Assembly: GCA_964016885.1 (NCBI GenBank)
Contig: OZ024757.1
Span: forward strand, 17,174,001 to 17,238,000
Direction of reading: 5' to 3'
Source of the DNA: Eledone cirrhosa
Lineage: Eukaryota
DNA length: 64,000 bases
The stretch's first letter is position 1, and each line of letters begins with the position of its first letter. Position numbers and translations under genes: made by a program. Shown here one piece after another: positions 25,503 through 37,105 of the stretch. The notes beneath the pieces were generated by a model, which did no database searches, had not been told where the DNA came from, and saw nothing but the letters and a program-made list of their open reading frames with translations.

Positions 25503-26975
25503 GTCATCATCATCATCATCATCATCAATGTTTAACGTCTGTGTTCCACGCTTGCATGGGTTTGGACGGGGGTTTTCCCACTTGAGGCAAGAGTGATTAT
25601 CTTGCTCGCATAGGACTATCTGGCGGGTTTTCTACAGCTGGATGCCCTTCCTAACACCAACCACATTTACAGTGTGGGGCTGGGAGGTTTTTACCGTGTT
25701 GCCTACACGGCCACATTACAGCGTGGACTGTCTGGCGGGTTTTCTACAGCTGGATGCCCTTCCTAACACCAACCACATTTACAGTGTGGGGCTGGGAGGT
25801 TTTTACCGTGTTGCCTACACGGCCACATTACAGCGTGGACTGTCTGGCGGGTTTTCTACAGCTGGATGCCCTTCCTAACACCAACCACATTTACAGTGTG
25901 GGGCTGGGAGGTTTTTACTGTGTTGCCTACACGGCCACATTACAGCATGGACTGTGTGTTTTTTTGTCGTGACACCTACACAATCTCATTTGTTTCGGCC
26001 TGGATGTTGTGGCACCAACATAACTTTACATTGAAAGGGGCGGTGGGGGTGGTGGGACGGGGGGGGGGGTATTTTGTTAGAGATGCCTACTGACTGTAGT
26101 AGGTTTTACTTTGTATTTAGGCAAGGCGGGTCTTCTCTATTACTGAGTACCGCCAAAGGTCTCGGTCCAGTGACATTGTCTTGGAGAGGTGTAAGTGTGT
26201 GAGGTCGGAATTTATCAGCTCATCCCAGGTTTTTCTGGGTCTGCCTAGACAGCTATCGTTTTTCATGCGCATCACGTGACCATACCAACGTAGCCTTCTC
26301 TCGAGTAAACATCTGATCCCTCTTATTTCTAATTTTTTCCTTAGTTCGTTTATGCTTTGCCGTTCACGTATATTACTATTACACATCTCGCGGAGCATGC
26401 AAGCTTCGTTCCTCTCTAGTCTGCGTATATCCTCTGCACACAATGCCCAGGTCTCACTGCCATGTAACATTGCTGTTCGTATGCAGGCATCATACAGCCT
26501 GCCTTTCGTTTTTAGAGAACCCTTTAGCGGCCAATAGTGGTATAAGCTCTCTGAACTTTTTCCATCCCGTTCTGACTCTAGCTACTGTACTTTCAAAGCA
26601 CCCTCCCCCACTGCTGATTTTGTCACCCAGGTAACGGAAGGTGTCCACTATTTCTATAGTACCATCTGTGCAATGGAATGAGCTAGTATTCTGAGGGCAC
26701 TTGCTGCTACTTATTGCACCAGAGCACCGGCCACATATAAAATCTATATTCTTAGTTAGCTTACCTGTGATCCCACTACATCTTTTATGCACCCATACTT
26801 TGCATTTGGGACATAAAATGGAGTTTCTGCCTACTCCTTTCCTACACACTGAGCATGGCCATTTGCCAGATGGGACCGGTGCAACATTGCTGTTCGTATG
26901 CAGGCATCATACAACCTGCCTTTCATTTTTAGGGAGAACCCTTTAGCGGCTAATAGTGGTATAAGTTCTCTGATA
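25503..26975 (-). mobile_element. RTE-clade LINE 3' fragment (frameshifted) with a 112-bp triplication in the 3' UTR
   Basis: ORFs 26117-26470 and 26490-26849. The UTR unit ctggcgggttttctacagctggatgccc... repeats at about 25620, 25732 and 25844. Confidence 0.9.
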
Positions 26976-27469
26976 CACGGTAATTTGTTTCTAGTTTATA
27001 TGAAAGTAACTTTGAATAAATAAAATAGTTTAATATCAGGATGACACACGACCGTGACCTCTGGCGTCAAGCAGTAATACAGAAGACCCGAGACCCGATC
27101 CCCCCCCCCCCCCACGGGTACAAGCAGAAGCTGAAGCATATAGACAATATGCCCCCACACCCTCCCACTGCAAAGTGGTCGTGGAGGTGCCACGGCAAAA
27201 AAGCACCCAGCACTCACTGTAAATGAGGTTGGTGTTAGGAAGGACATCCAGCTGTAGAAATCAAGCCAGAATCAGTTCCTGTGTGAGCAAGACAAAGTCA
27301 GCCGACCGGACACTGCCCACAACAGGACAACCCGTCTAACCCATGCTAGCGTGGAAGAACGGACGTAAAACGGTGATGATCGGGACGTATAACCCACTGA
27401 ACGGAAAAAGATATCAGCCTTCTATTTCAATTTCAGTTTTTAAATTCCACTAGCCACTTTCTAATCACA

Positions 27470-27523
<54 letters not shown>

Positions 27524-27574
27524 ATTAAAAAGTATGAGGAAATAATAGACAAAATATACCTATTTTTTCTTCAA

Positions 27575-27669
27575 AGTCCCGACTGCAGTTTCGCCAGTTT
27601 ATGTGCACCGATTTCTACACTATAAAAATGCATCATTGTTGTGAGGTTGATACAGCTTATCAAGAGACC
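27575..27669 (-). ncRNA. Degenerate type-I hammerhead motif with a long stem II loop
   Basis: Reverse strand ggtctc-TTGATAA-gctgt...actggc-GAAAC-tgca-GTC-gggact. Palindromic stem III and paired stem I; two core substitutions. Confidence 0.5.
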
Positions 27670-27810
27670 CCTCAGAAAAAAGGACTGTTTTTTGACGCTT
27701 TCGTAGCAAGTGAGAAATTCTTGAGAGGCGGAGGGAGAAATTAACACGTGATACAGTGGTATATATATATATATATATATATAATTGTATTTCTTTAATT
27801 TTTCTTTCTT

Positions 27811-27846
27811 TCTTCTGATGAAGGACTACTGTCCGAAACGTTAATT
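27811..27846 (+). ncRNA. Minimal type-I hammerhead ribozyme motif (PLE-type)
   Basis: tctt-CTGATGA-a-ggac-tact-gtcc-GAAACGTT-aa with a perfect stem II; the insert is flanked by (TA)n. Confidence 0.65.
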
Positions 27847-27934
27847 CTTTTCCTACTATACCAAGCGTAAAACTAATAGATTTCTTCATTCTACTGTGTT
27901 GTTTGCTTTGTTATTTCTGTTTTCCTTTTGCATA

Positions 27935-27989
<55 letters not shown>

Positions 27990-28675
27990 CGAAGGTCATG
28001 TTGATGACAGACAGTTTTATTGAGGATTAAAAAAAAAGCACCCAGTTTACTCTGTAAGGTGGCCAAGCTGGTGACATGAAAAAACACCAAATCCTCCATG
28101 TTAGGTGGTTGTTTAGGTACCATGAAACACATGTTTGGCTGTAGGAAGATCTTCCAGCTGTAGAAACCAAGCCAAAATGCAGATCTGTTTGATCAAGACA
28201 TGGAAAAATAGATGTTAAATGGTGATGATGATGATATACATACACATACTCACACATATCCATACATTTATATAAATATATATGCACACACAAACACACA
28301 CACATCGATACATGTATATATGAGTGTATATGTGCATATATATATGTATATGTATACATGTCATGACAAAAAGCGACCAGTCCACACTGTAAATGTGGTT
28401 GGTATTATGAAGGGCATCCAGCTGTCTCACAACAGGACAACTCATCTAACCCATACTAGTGTGGAAAAATAGACATTAAATGATGATGATATATACACAC
28501 GTACATCTATCCATACATTTATATATTTATATATATATCGACAGTCGATCGAGAAGATCCCAGACTTCAATCACTTAATGAGTGTGGTAGAGCTCGTCAA
28601 ATTGGACCAAGGAAACAATCTTTCCAATTACTAATACTATCTGTTGGTCGCAAATCCAGACAGAAGGAGCAGTTT

Positions 28676-28782
28676 GAAATAAAGTGTCTTGCTCAAGGAC
28701 ACGACGCATTGCTCAGTACGGGAATCAAAATCACGACCTCACGATTGCAAATCCAATTCTCTAACTACTCAGCCACGCGCCT

Positions 28783-28785
<3 letters not shown>
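28676..28785 (-). mobile_element. SINE family B head
   Basis: Reverse reads gaaggcgcgtggctgagtagttagag...gattcccg...gtgtccttgagcaagacactttatttca. Confidence 0.8.
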
Positions 28786-28829
<44 letters not shown>

Positions 28830-28833
<4 letters not shown>

Positions 28834-29370
28834 TCATCATCATTTTACGTTCGCTCTTCCCTGCTTGCAAGGGTGGGACGGGTCTTATTCAGCCCAGCAT
28901 CTCTCCACTTGTCACGGTCCTTCGTCATCTCCACCATGAGCTTCAGTGATCTGAGGTCTGTTCTTACCACCTCTGCCCATGTTTTTCGTGGTCTACCTCT
29001 ACCACGCCTTCCTTCAACTGCCATTGCCTGGCACTTCTTCCCCCATCGGTCATCCTTCATGCGCATCACATGTCCATACCACCTCAGTTTCCTCTCTCGC
29101 ACACTACATTCTATCCCTCTCAGACACAGTTTCTCTCTCAATACATTCATGCTGGGTCATTCACGCACATTGACACTGCATATCATCCAACGGAGCATGC
29201 TTGCCTCATTTCTCTCCAGCCGTCGCATATCCTCTGCACAGGCATCATATAACTGGCCTTTCGTACGCAGGGAGAAATCCTTCTTCGTCAGCAGAGAAAG
29301 CAGCTCCCTAAACTTCTTCCAACCTGTCCTTATTCTAGATACTATGGCCTCGGAACACCCCTCTCCCATG
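28830..29370 (-). mobile_element. RTE-clade LINE 3' fragment (short-UTR subfamily, like 46758-48094)
   Basis: SRIRTGWKKF, KLRWYGHVMRM, GRGRPRKTW and TRPTLASRE motifs; (TGA)n tail. Confidence 0.9.
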
Positions 29371-29371
29371 C

Positions 29372-29402
<31 letters not shown>

Positions 29403-29409
29403 ATTTATA

Positions 29410-29607
29410 TAATAGGAACGAGTAGGACCCCGACGGCTGAGCTCAAGCCGTTTCGATGGCTAATTCTGGACTGAATTAACCGTCGAAACGGCTTGAGCTC
29501 AGCCGTTGGGGTCCTACTCGTTCCTATTACCCACTCTACTACCCTAAGTATTGAGTACTTTGGTGCGTTATGGTCCACCTGGTTCCTTACCACATTTCCT
29601 TCGTTAT
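29410..29607. mobile_element. Unclassified ~200-bp element with a terminal 57-bp-arm hairpin, between (TA)n tracts
   Basis: Inverted repeat 29410-29529; a second copy in the opposite orientation lies at 36248-36403. Confidence 0.7.
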
Positions 29608-29608
29608 T

Positions 29609-29646
<38 letters not shown>

Positions 29647-29944
29647 ATATATACATGTGTGCACACAAAAAGAACACAATTGACAGAACACTGAGTTTGA
29701 GCATGAATACAAGCATTTTAGAACATTTAAAAATCACATACACACACACACACTCACATATACCCATACACATACACACACAGCACATAGTGAAAGTAAA
29801 AGAGAGAGAGGTAGGGAGTGAGAGGGGTGGGTGGGTGGAGATCTGCTGCACTTTAAACACTGCAACAACACTGCATCAGCTGACAATGAGAAAACTGTAG
29901 AAAATGTAATGACTAATTGAATGTTGGGTAACCATCTAAACAAC

Positions 29945-30988
29945 AGTTGTTCTGGTAGTTGTAGTAGCAGTAGTGGTGGTAGGGTTGACAGTGGTGGTGG
30001 TTGTAGGGGTGACAGTGGTGGTGGTGGTAGTAGGGGTGACGGTGGTGGTGGTGGTGGTAGTAGGGGTGACGGTGGTGGTGGTGGTGGTAGTAGGGGTGAC
30101 GGTGGTGGTGGTGGTGGTGGTGGTAGTAGGGGTGACGGTGGTGGTGGTGGTGGTAGTAGGGGTGACGGTGGTGGTGGTGGTAGTAGTAGGGGTGACGGTG
30201 GTGGTGGTAGTAGGGGTGACGGTGGTGGTGGTGGTGGTAGTAGTAGTGGTGGTAGTTGTAGGGGTGACAGTGGTGGTGGTAGTTGTAGGGGTGAGTGGTG
30301 GTGGTGGTAGTAGTGATGGTAGTGGTAGTAGTATGGGTGATAGTGGTGGTGGTAGTAGGGGTGATGGTGATAGTAGTAGTAGGGGTGACAGTGGTGGTGG
30401 TGGTGGTAGTGATGGTGATGGTAGTAGTAGGAGTGATGATGGTGGTGGTAGTAGGGGTGAGAGTGGTGGTAGTAGGGGTGAGAGTGGTGGTGGTGGTTGT
30501 AGTAGTAGTGGAGGTGGCATCAGTAGTTGTAGTACTAACAATAATAGCTGTAGTAACAGTAGTGGTAGTAGTAGCAATAGTTGTAGTACTATCAATAGTG
30601 GTGGTGGTTGTAGTAGTAATAGTTGTAGTAATAGTAGTAATAGTTGTAGTAGTACTCTTTCACACACTCTCTCTCTCTATCTCTCCCTCCCACCCTAACT
30701 CATATATGCACTCTTTCAATCTCTCCCTCTCTCTCACACACAGACACTCACACACACACACACCAAGATATTACCATGGCTGTGAGGATAACAGGTTTAA
30801 CAACCACAAGGTTGTGTGTTCAATCCCTAGGTATGGCACCTTGGATAAGTAACTGCCTTCTACTGTAGTATCTTGGTTCAATCCCTAGGACACTTACTGT
30901 AGTATCTTGTGTGCAGCTTTGGTAGATGGAATATGTGAGGAGCTTACTACTGGTGCTGCTACTATTGCTATTGCTGCTCCTGTTACTG

Positions 30989-31040
<52 letters not shown>

Positions 31041-31180
31041 CCCCAACATCACTACTACTACTACCATCGCCTCCACCATCACACCTACTACTACCACAAC
31101 TACCACCTCCACCATCACTACTACTACTACTACCACAATCATCACCTTCACCACCACTGCTACTACTACTATCATCACTG
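29945..31180. repeat. GGT/AGT and CTA/CCA trinucleotide-type repeats (unit agtaggggtgacggtggtggt)
   Basis: Seen directly; source of the Gly-, Val- and Thr-rich ORFs. Confidence 0.9.
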
Positions 31181-31399
31181 CAACATTTTCCTGATTTTGC
31201 AACTAAAGACTGTCAAGGCTGGTATTCATTTACCATTCAACATCTCCCTGAACCCTCAAGACGTCTCTCTGACCAGGTCACTGCAGGTAGAGACAGGCAT
31301 TCCCCTTACCCCTCAGCATCTACCTGAGCAGTCAAGACTTCCCCTTGACCTGGTCATTACAGGTAGAGACAGGCACATGGTTCTATAAAAGACATCTGT

Positions 31400-32841
31400 T
31401 TATCTTGAAGTGTAAAACCTTTCCATCATAATTTTATGTAAGAACCCTTTCAGTTAAGTTCTAAACACCAGTTTAATAATTACAAAGTTATATTATCAAA
31501 TTCCTTCAAATTCTTGATTATTTTCAAAATTATTTGAAAATCCTAGGCAGAATTTTTTTTATTGTTAGAAATATGGAAGGGCGGTAGATTGGCAGTATCG
31601 GTAGAGGGTCGGATGCCATGCTTTGGTGCATAGTTACGGCCCTTGTCATTCTGAGTTCAAATCCCGCCGAGGTTAACTTTGCCTTTCATCCTTACGGGGT
31701 CGATAAAATAAAGTACCAGTAATGCACTGGGTATTTGCTGGCCTTGTGCCAAAAGTGGAAACAATTATTAGAAATATGGTTATGCAAGAGTGTTTATCTA
31801 AAAACCTTTCATCTTAATTTCATAGAAGAATCTTTAAGTTTGAAACACCAGCTTAATAACTAGAAAGTTAGTTATATTACTAAATCCCTCCAAATTATTG
31901 ATCATTTTACTTAATTATTTGAAAATCATAGGCTATAAATTTAATGAGAAATATGGTTACGAAAAGGTTAACATCCATTTTGTCCCTACTAAAATGTATT
32001 CAACAGGTCTATTCTTCGTCAGTTGTATTATTAATTCATCTGGCTTCAAGGGTGATGGACTGGCAGTATTGGTAGAACATTGAACACCATGCTTCATGGC
32101 ATAGTTATGGTGTTTTATGTTCTGATTTCAAATCCCACTAATGTTAGCTTTGCCTTTCATCCTTACAAGGTCGATAAAATAATAAAATAAAGTACCAGTA
32201 AAGCACTGGGGTTGATTTAATTGCCTTCCACTCTCTCCAAAATTTGTGGTCTTGTGCCTAAATCAGAAAGTGTTAGCAATAGTTGAAGGGTGGTGGATTG
32301 GCATTATCGGTAGAACGTCTGACACCATGCTTTACAGCATAGTTATGGCATTTTATGTTTTGATTTCAAATCCCGCTATGGTTAGCTTTGCCTCTCATCC
32401 TTACAAAATTGTAACTCACTAGGGTCGATTTAATAGACTTTCCTCTTACCCGAAATTGTAGGCCTTGTGCCTACATCAGAAACCATTATTAACCCTTTAG
32501 GATTTACACTACTCTATATTTACTATTATATTTTCACGGTAAAGGCTTTATCTTACATAATTATCTCACATAATATTGAATCTGTGAGATTTTGATATTT
32601 ATTTATTTTATGGTGGTGGACTGGCAGTATTGGGAGAGGGTTGGACGCCATGCTTTGTAGCATAGTTAGAGTCTGAATTCAAATCCCGTCAAAGTTAACT
32701 TTGCCTTTCATCCTCACAGGGTCGATAAAATAAAGAACAATACCATAACATCAGTATGAGCGGTTGGTTACAGCCAGTTTGAACAGGAAGAGGTGAGGGA
32801 ATTCTGGCTGGATATGGCCAGTTTAAATGCTAAAGTGTTAA
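31400..32841 (+). mobile_element. Mixed cluster: MITE family 2 fragments, four SINE A copies, and a family-1 MITE (32493-32837) interrupted by a SINE A
   Basis: SINE A at about 31578-31770, 32049-32270, 32287-32490 and 32611-32735; TTAA at 32489 and 32838. Confidence 0.8.
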
Positions 32842-33310
32842 TCCATGTTGCTTTTTCAATCATTTCTTCTGCGGGACCCAGCATCCAACATTCTGATCCC
32901 TGTCCTTACCCATTGTCACCTTCTCCCCATCATTACCCCATCACCTCCCTCCCTCCCCTATCACGACTCCCTATCCCCCTCTTTCATCACTATCCTCCAA
33001 CCTAGAGAAGATAACTACTATTATTAACCCACCACTCAATGTTCAGATGTAATTTTATAATAATCTTTGTCAACTCTATCTTATCAGTTGATATGATTTA
33101 TCTTTGTCACTCATACACATGCATATATAATAATATATGTATATTTATGACTTTGCGTGTATGTATAATTTATATATATATATTTATCTTTGTCACGCAC
33201 ATATACACACACACACACATGTATATATAATATAATTTATATATATAAATATATGTTTGTGTGTATGTATAATAGTGTGTGTATATGTGTATATGACAGG
33301 GTTTGATTCC

Positions 33311-34493
33311 TTATTTATGTTCATACACAGAACAAAAGCGCTAACCAAGGCCCAAATTTAACTATACCTCCAGAAAACAAGAGGCATCAAAATAGTAACC
33401 TTTCTTCAGGTGCTAATACGAGTTTATAAGATACCGTTAAAAGTAAATTTTGCTAAGAACGCATGTTTCTGAAAGATAACGTCATAAAACAAAGGGAAAT
33501 AACTCCAAAATATGAATATGAATTATGAGATCAACCGCATGTTTGTGTTTATATACTATAACAGTATTGTATTATGTGGTGGAATGTAATATAGAGGTGG
33601 TAATATTTATTAAGGTATGGAGTATAGTAGAAAATGTATTGTATTATGTAAGTGTGGAAAGAGAAAGATATAACAGAAGGATATAAATCAAATGAAGTGG
33701 TTGAAAATCAGTCGAATTTGTTGAATATTTCCATTTAGCAAGCAGTTGGGTTTTGAGATGGAGGGCATCTTCTAAAAATTTCGCTCTTTGAGTTGAAGTA
33801 CATATTGTTTGGAGATGACAAACCTTGTAATATCCTAAATTTCTCTCAGACAGAGATGACATTTGGTACCGTTGGTGTAAGGCCTGGATCTTTCAACTAC
33901 CTTTCAAGATATCTTATGTGGGACTCCTTTCTCCTTTAATTGCTAGACTTTTTTCGCCAGGGCTGTACTGGTTCTCATATCAGGATTCTTGAAGGAGTGG
34001 AGATGTATATAAAAACACTGTTTAAAACAATCTTGCACCATACCAATATATCTTTCGCTAACTTCAGAATTTTTTGTGCTGTTGTGTGTGATCTCTGCCT
34101 CATACACAACAGATATGATATTACAATTCTGTTGGAGAGGGCAGTTTTCTTTAATCCTGCAAGAGCAGCTTGGATTACCGTTGAGTATATTCTTTCTTGT
34201 GATTTTTTTATCTCGTAGAAGGCCCACCACATAATACAATACTTCTGCAGCAGTATACAAACACAAACATGCGGTTTATCTCATAATTCATATTTACATC
34301 TTGGAGTTATTTCTCTTTGTTTTATGACACTATCTTTCGTAAACATGCGTTCTTAGCAAAATTTACTTTTAATGATTGATAAACTTGTATAAGCACCTGA
34401 AGAAAGGTCACTATTTTGATGCTTATTGTATTCTGGAGAAGTAAAATTTTGGCCTTGAAACCTTGCCTTTGTTCTGTGTATGAACATAAATAA
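33311..34493 (-). mobile_element. Penelope-like retroelement remnant (Naiad-type GIY-YIG endonuclease) flanked by inverted ~270-bp pseudo-LTR copies
   Basis: Translation CSCRIKENCPLQQNC...VVYEAEI...YIGM...FKQ...H..SF...STALAKKV, continuing through stops and frameshifts as LKEKG...KCHLCLRE...NSKSEIF..C. Arms at 33311-33582 and 34224-34493. Confidence 0.8.
34393..34466 (+). ncRNA. Hammerhead motif in the PLE pseudo-LTR (3' part eroded)
   Basis: gcac-CTGAAGA-aaggtca...tggcctt-GAAAC. The other arm (about 33338-33413, minus strand) keeps CTGAAGA and ggtta-gcgc but lacks GAAAC. Confidence 0.55.
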
Positions 34494-34861
34494 ACAATAT
34501 GATATATCAGCTCTCTTCCCAATGAACACTGTTTTCCTTTTTCCTTTTCACAATTACGGATATTGCTATGCACACACACATATATATAGATATATATGCA
34601 AACACAAATAATACACACATACACATGTATATATACTAACACTACACACACATTATATATATATATAAATATTTATCATAGTTGAGGTATAAGTATGGCC
34701 ATAAACATTTGGTCGCTTTTCTTGGTGTCACACTTTCTGAACTTTGTATTCACTCTGGACAAAAATGTATGAAATTTTCACACCAGTGAGTGCTTTGTGA
34801 CTGCCTCAAACAATTCAATTGGTATCTGTTATATTGTGGCTACAACTTTGATATATACATA

Positions 34862-35187
34862 TTATCATCATCATCATTTTATGTCCACTTTTCCCTGCTT
34901 GCAAGGGTCGGACGGGAACTGATTCTGGCTTAATTTCTACAGCTGGATGCCCTTCCTAACACCAACCTCATTTACAGTGTTTTTTTTCCATGGCGCCTAC
35001 ACGTCGATTTTACAGTGGAATGATAGGGACCCCAGTCCTATCATCTCAATTTCTACAGCTGAGTAAACTGGAGCAATGTAAAATAAAGTGTCTTGCTCAA
35101 GGAAACAACACATCACCCGGTCTGAGAATTGAACTCACAACTTTTCGATTGCAAGGCCAATGCTCTAACCACTAAGCCTTGTGCCTC
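34862..35187 (-). mobile_element. Full-length SINE family B with RTE-type module and tail
   Basis: tRNA-like head (ggcttagtggttagagc...gagttcaattctc), ccttgagcaagacac core, aggaagggcatccagc module and (TGA)n tail. Confidence 0.85.
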
Positions 35188-35198
35188 CATATATTATA

Positions 35199-35237
<39 letters not shown>

Positions 35238-35477
35238 GCACACACGTGCACACACACACTAACACTAACAGTCCACTCAGTGATATGCTTCAATATGTTA
35301 TGTCCTGTTAATGGCTGAGAAAGAGAGAGAGAGGGAGGTCTACTGAGTGGATAAGTATGAGTTGTTTCTAAGGTTACAAACATTATCTCTATAGACTGTC
35401 TTCTGTAGATGTCAATTGTAAATACACCAGTTGCTTGCTCAGATTATTACCATCTTTATATATATATACACACATGC

Positions 35478-35525
<48 letters not shown>

Positions 35526-35668
35526 ATTGGTTGTATTGTTATTTCTCTGAGGAACTGGAATCATGATTCCAGAGAAATAACAACACAACCAGGAGCTGGG
35601 CATATCGATGTATTGACATAAAACTCACTTCAACAACATGTGTACCTGTCTTTCCCACACCAATTCGG

Positions 35669-35723
35669 ACTGCCTGAAGAGGTCACAGCCAATGATGGCT
35701 GTCACCGAAATATATATAGCAGT
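35669..35723 (+). ncRNA. Apparently intact minimal type-I hammerhead ribozyme
   Basis: ACTGC-CTGAAGA-GGTcACAGCCA-atga-TGGCTGTcACC-GAAA-tatat-ATA-GCAGT: 5-bp stem I, intact core, long stem II, palindromic AT stem III and an AUA cleavage triplet. Confidence 0.7.
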
Positions 35724-35795
35724 ATATCTATAATTTATAATAAACGAAGCCAAATTTTACATATTTGACTTAATTATTTTTTATATATATATATA

Positions 35796-36011
35796 TGAGG
35801 GATGCTGAAATGTTCCTGGCTTGATTGCTGCTACAGAGGCTTGGTTGGAGACCCAACCTTCTGAGTTCTTTTTATAGGGTTTAGAAAAACTGAAGGACTG
35901 CTGCTATTTGTGTGTGAATCTGAGAGAGGAATATGTTGAATAAATTCATAATTCTCTGATCTTCCTGTATTTTCTTTTGCCCCAAACCCGGAACTTTTCA
36001 GCAGCACCCCG
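35796..36011 (+). mobile_element. mariner-derived non-autonomous element
   Basis: TIR-like gaggg.tgctgaaa.gttcc / ggaacttttcagcagcaccccg; residual transposase end ...GLEKLKDCCYLCVNLREEYVE*. Confidence 0.65.
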
Positions 36012-36247
36012 TGTGTGTGTTTGTGTGTGTATCTGTACACACGTAAATAAGACCGTTATTGCTCCAATCAGTTCGCAAACACTCTAAACTGAACGCCAAC
36101 CTGCATTCATGTTTCCTGCCAAACCAAACATATATACAGGCATAAATGTGTGTATATATATATGTATGTATATATATATATATGTATAAGTATGTGCTTG
36201 TGTGTATATATATGTATAAGTATGTGTACATGTATATATATATTTAT

Positions 36248-36403
36248 ATAACGAAGGAAATGTGGTAAGGAACCAGGTGGACCATAACGCACCAAAGTAC
36301 TCAATACTTGGGGTAGTAGAGTGGGTAATAGGAACCAGTAAGACCCCGACGGCTGAGTTCGAAACGGCTTGAGCTCAGCCGTCGGGGTCTTACTGGTTCC
36401 TAT
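36248..36403. mobile_element. Second copy of the hairpin-terminated element (opposite orientation, shortened stem)
   Basis: Matches the reverse complement of 29410-29607; hairpin at 36328-36403. Confidence 0.7.
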
Positions 36404-36447
36404 ATATTTATATATGTATATGTATATATATACACATATATATATAT

Positions 36448-36998
36448 ATCATCATCATCAACGTTTAACGTCCGTGTTCCACGCTTGCATGGGTTTGGAC
36501 GGGGGTAGTCCCACTTGAGGCAAGAGTGATTGTCTTGCTCGCATAGGACTGTCTGGCAGGTTTTCTACAGTTGGATGCCCTTCCTAACACCAACCACATT
36601 TACAGTGTGGGTCTGGGAGGTTTTTACCGTGTTGCCTACACGGCCACATTACAGCGTGGACTGTGTGTTTTTTTTGTCGTGACACCTACACGATCTCATT
36701 TGTTTCGGCCTGGATGGCGCGGCACCAACATAACTTTACATAGAACGGGTGTGGATGGGGTGGGGGTGGTGGTGGTGGGACGGGGTGTATTTTGTTAGAG
36801 ATGCCTACTGGCTGTAGTAGGTTTTACTATGTATTTAGGTAAGGCGGGTCTTCTCTCTTACTGAGTACCGCCAAAGGTCTCGGTCCAGTGACATTGTCTT
36901 GGAGAGGTGTAAGTGTGTGAGGTCAGAGTTTATCAGCTCGTCCCAGGTTTTTCTAGGTCTGCCTATTCCGTGGCTAACGTCTATATATATATATACAC

Positions 36999-37029
<31 letters not shown>

Positions 37030-37069
37030 TATATATACACATATATATATATATATATATACACATATA

Positions 37070-37105
<36 letters not shown>

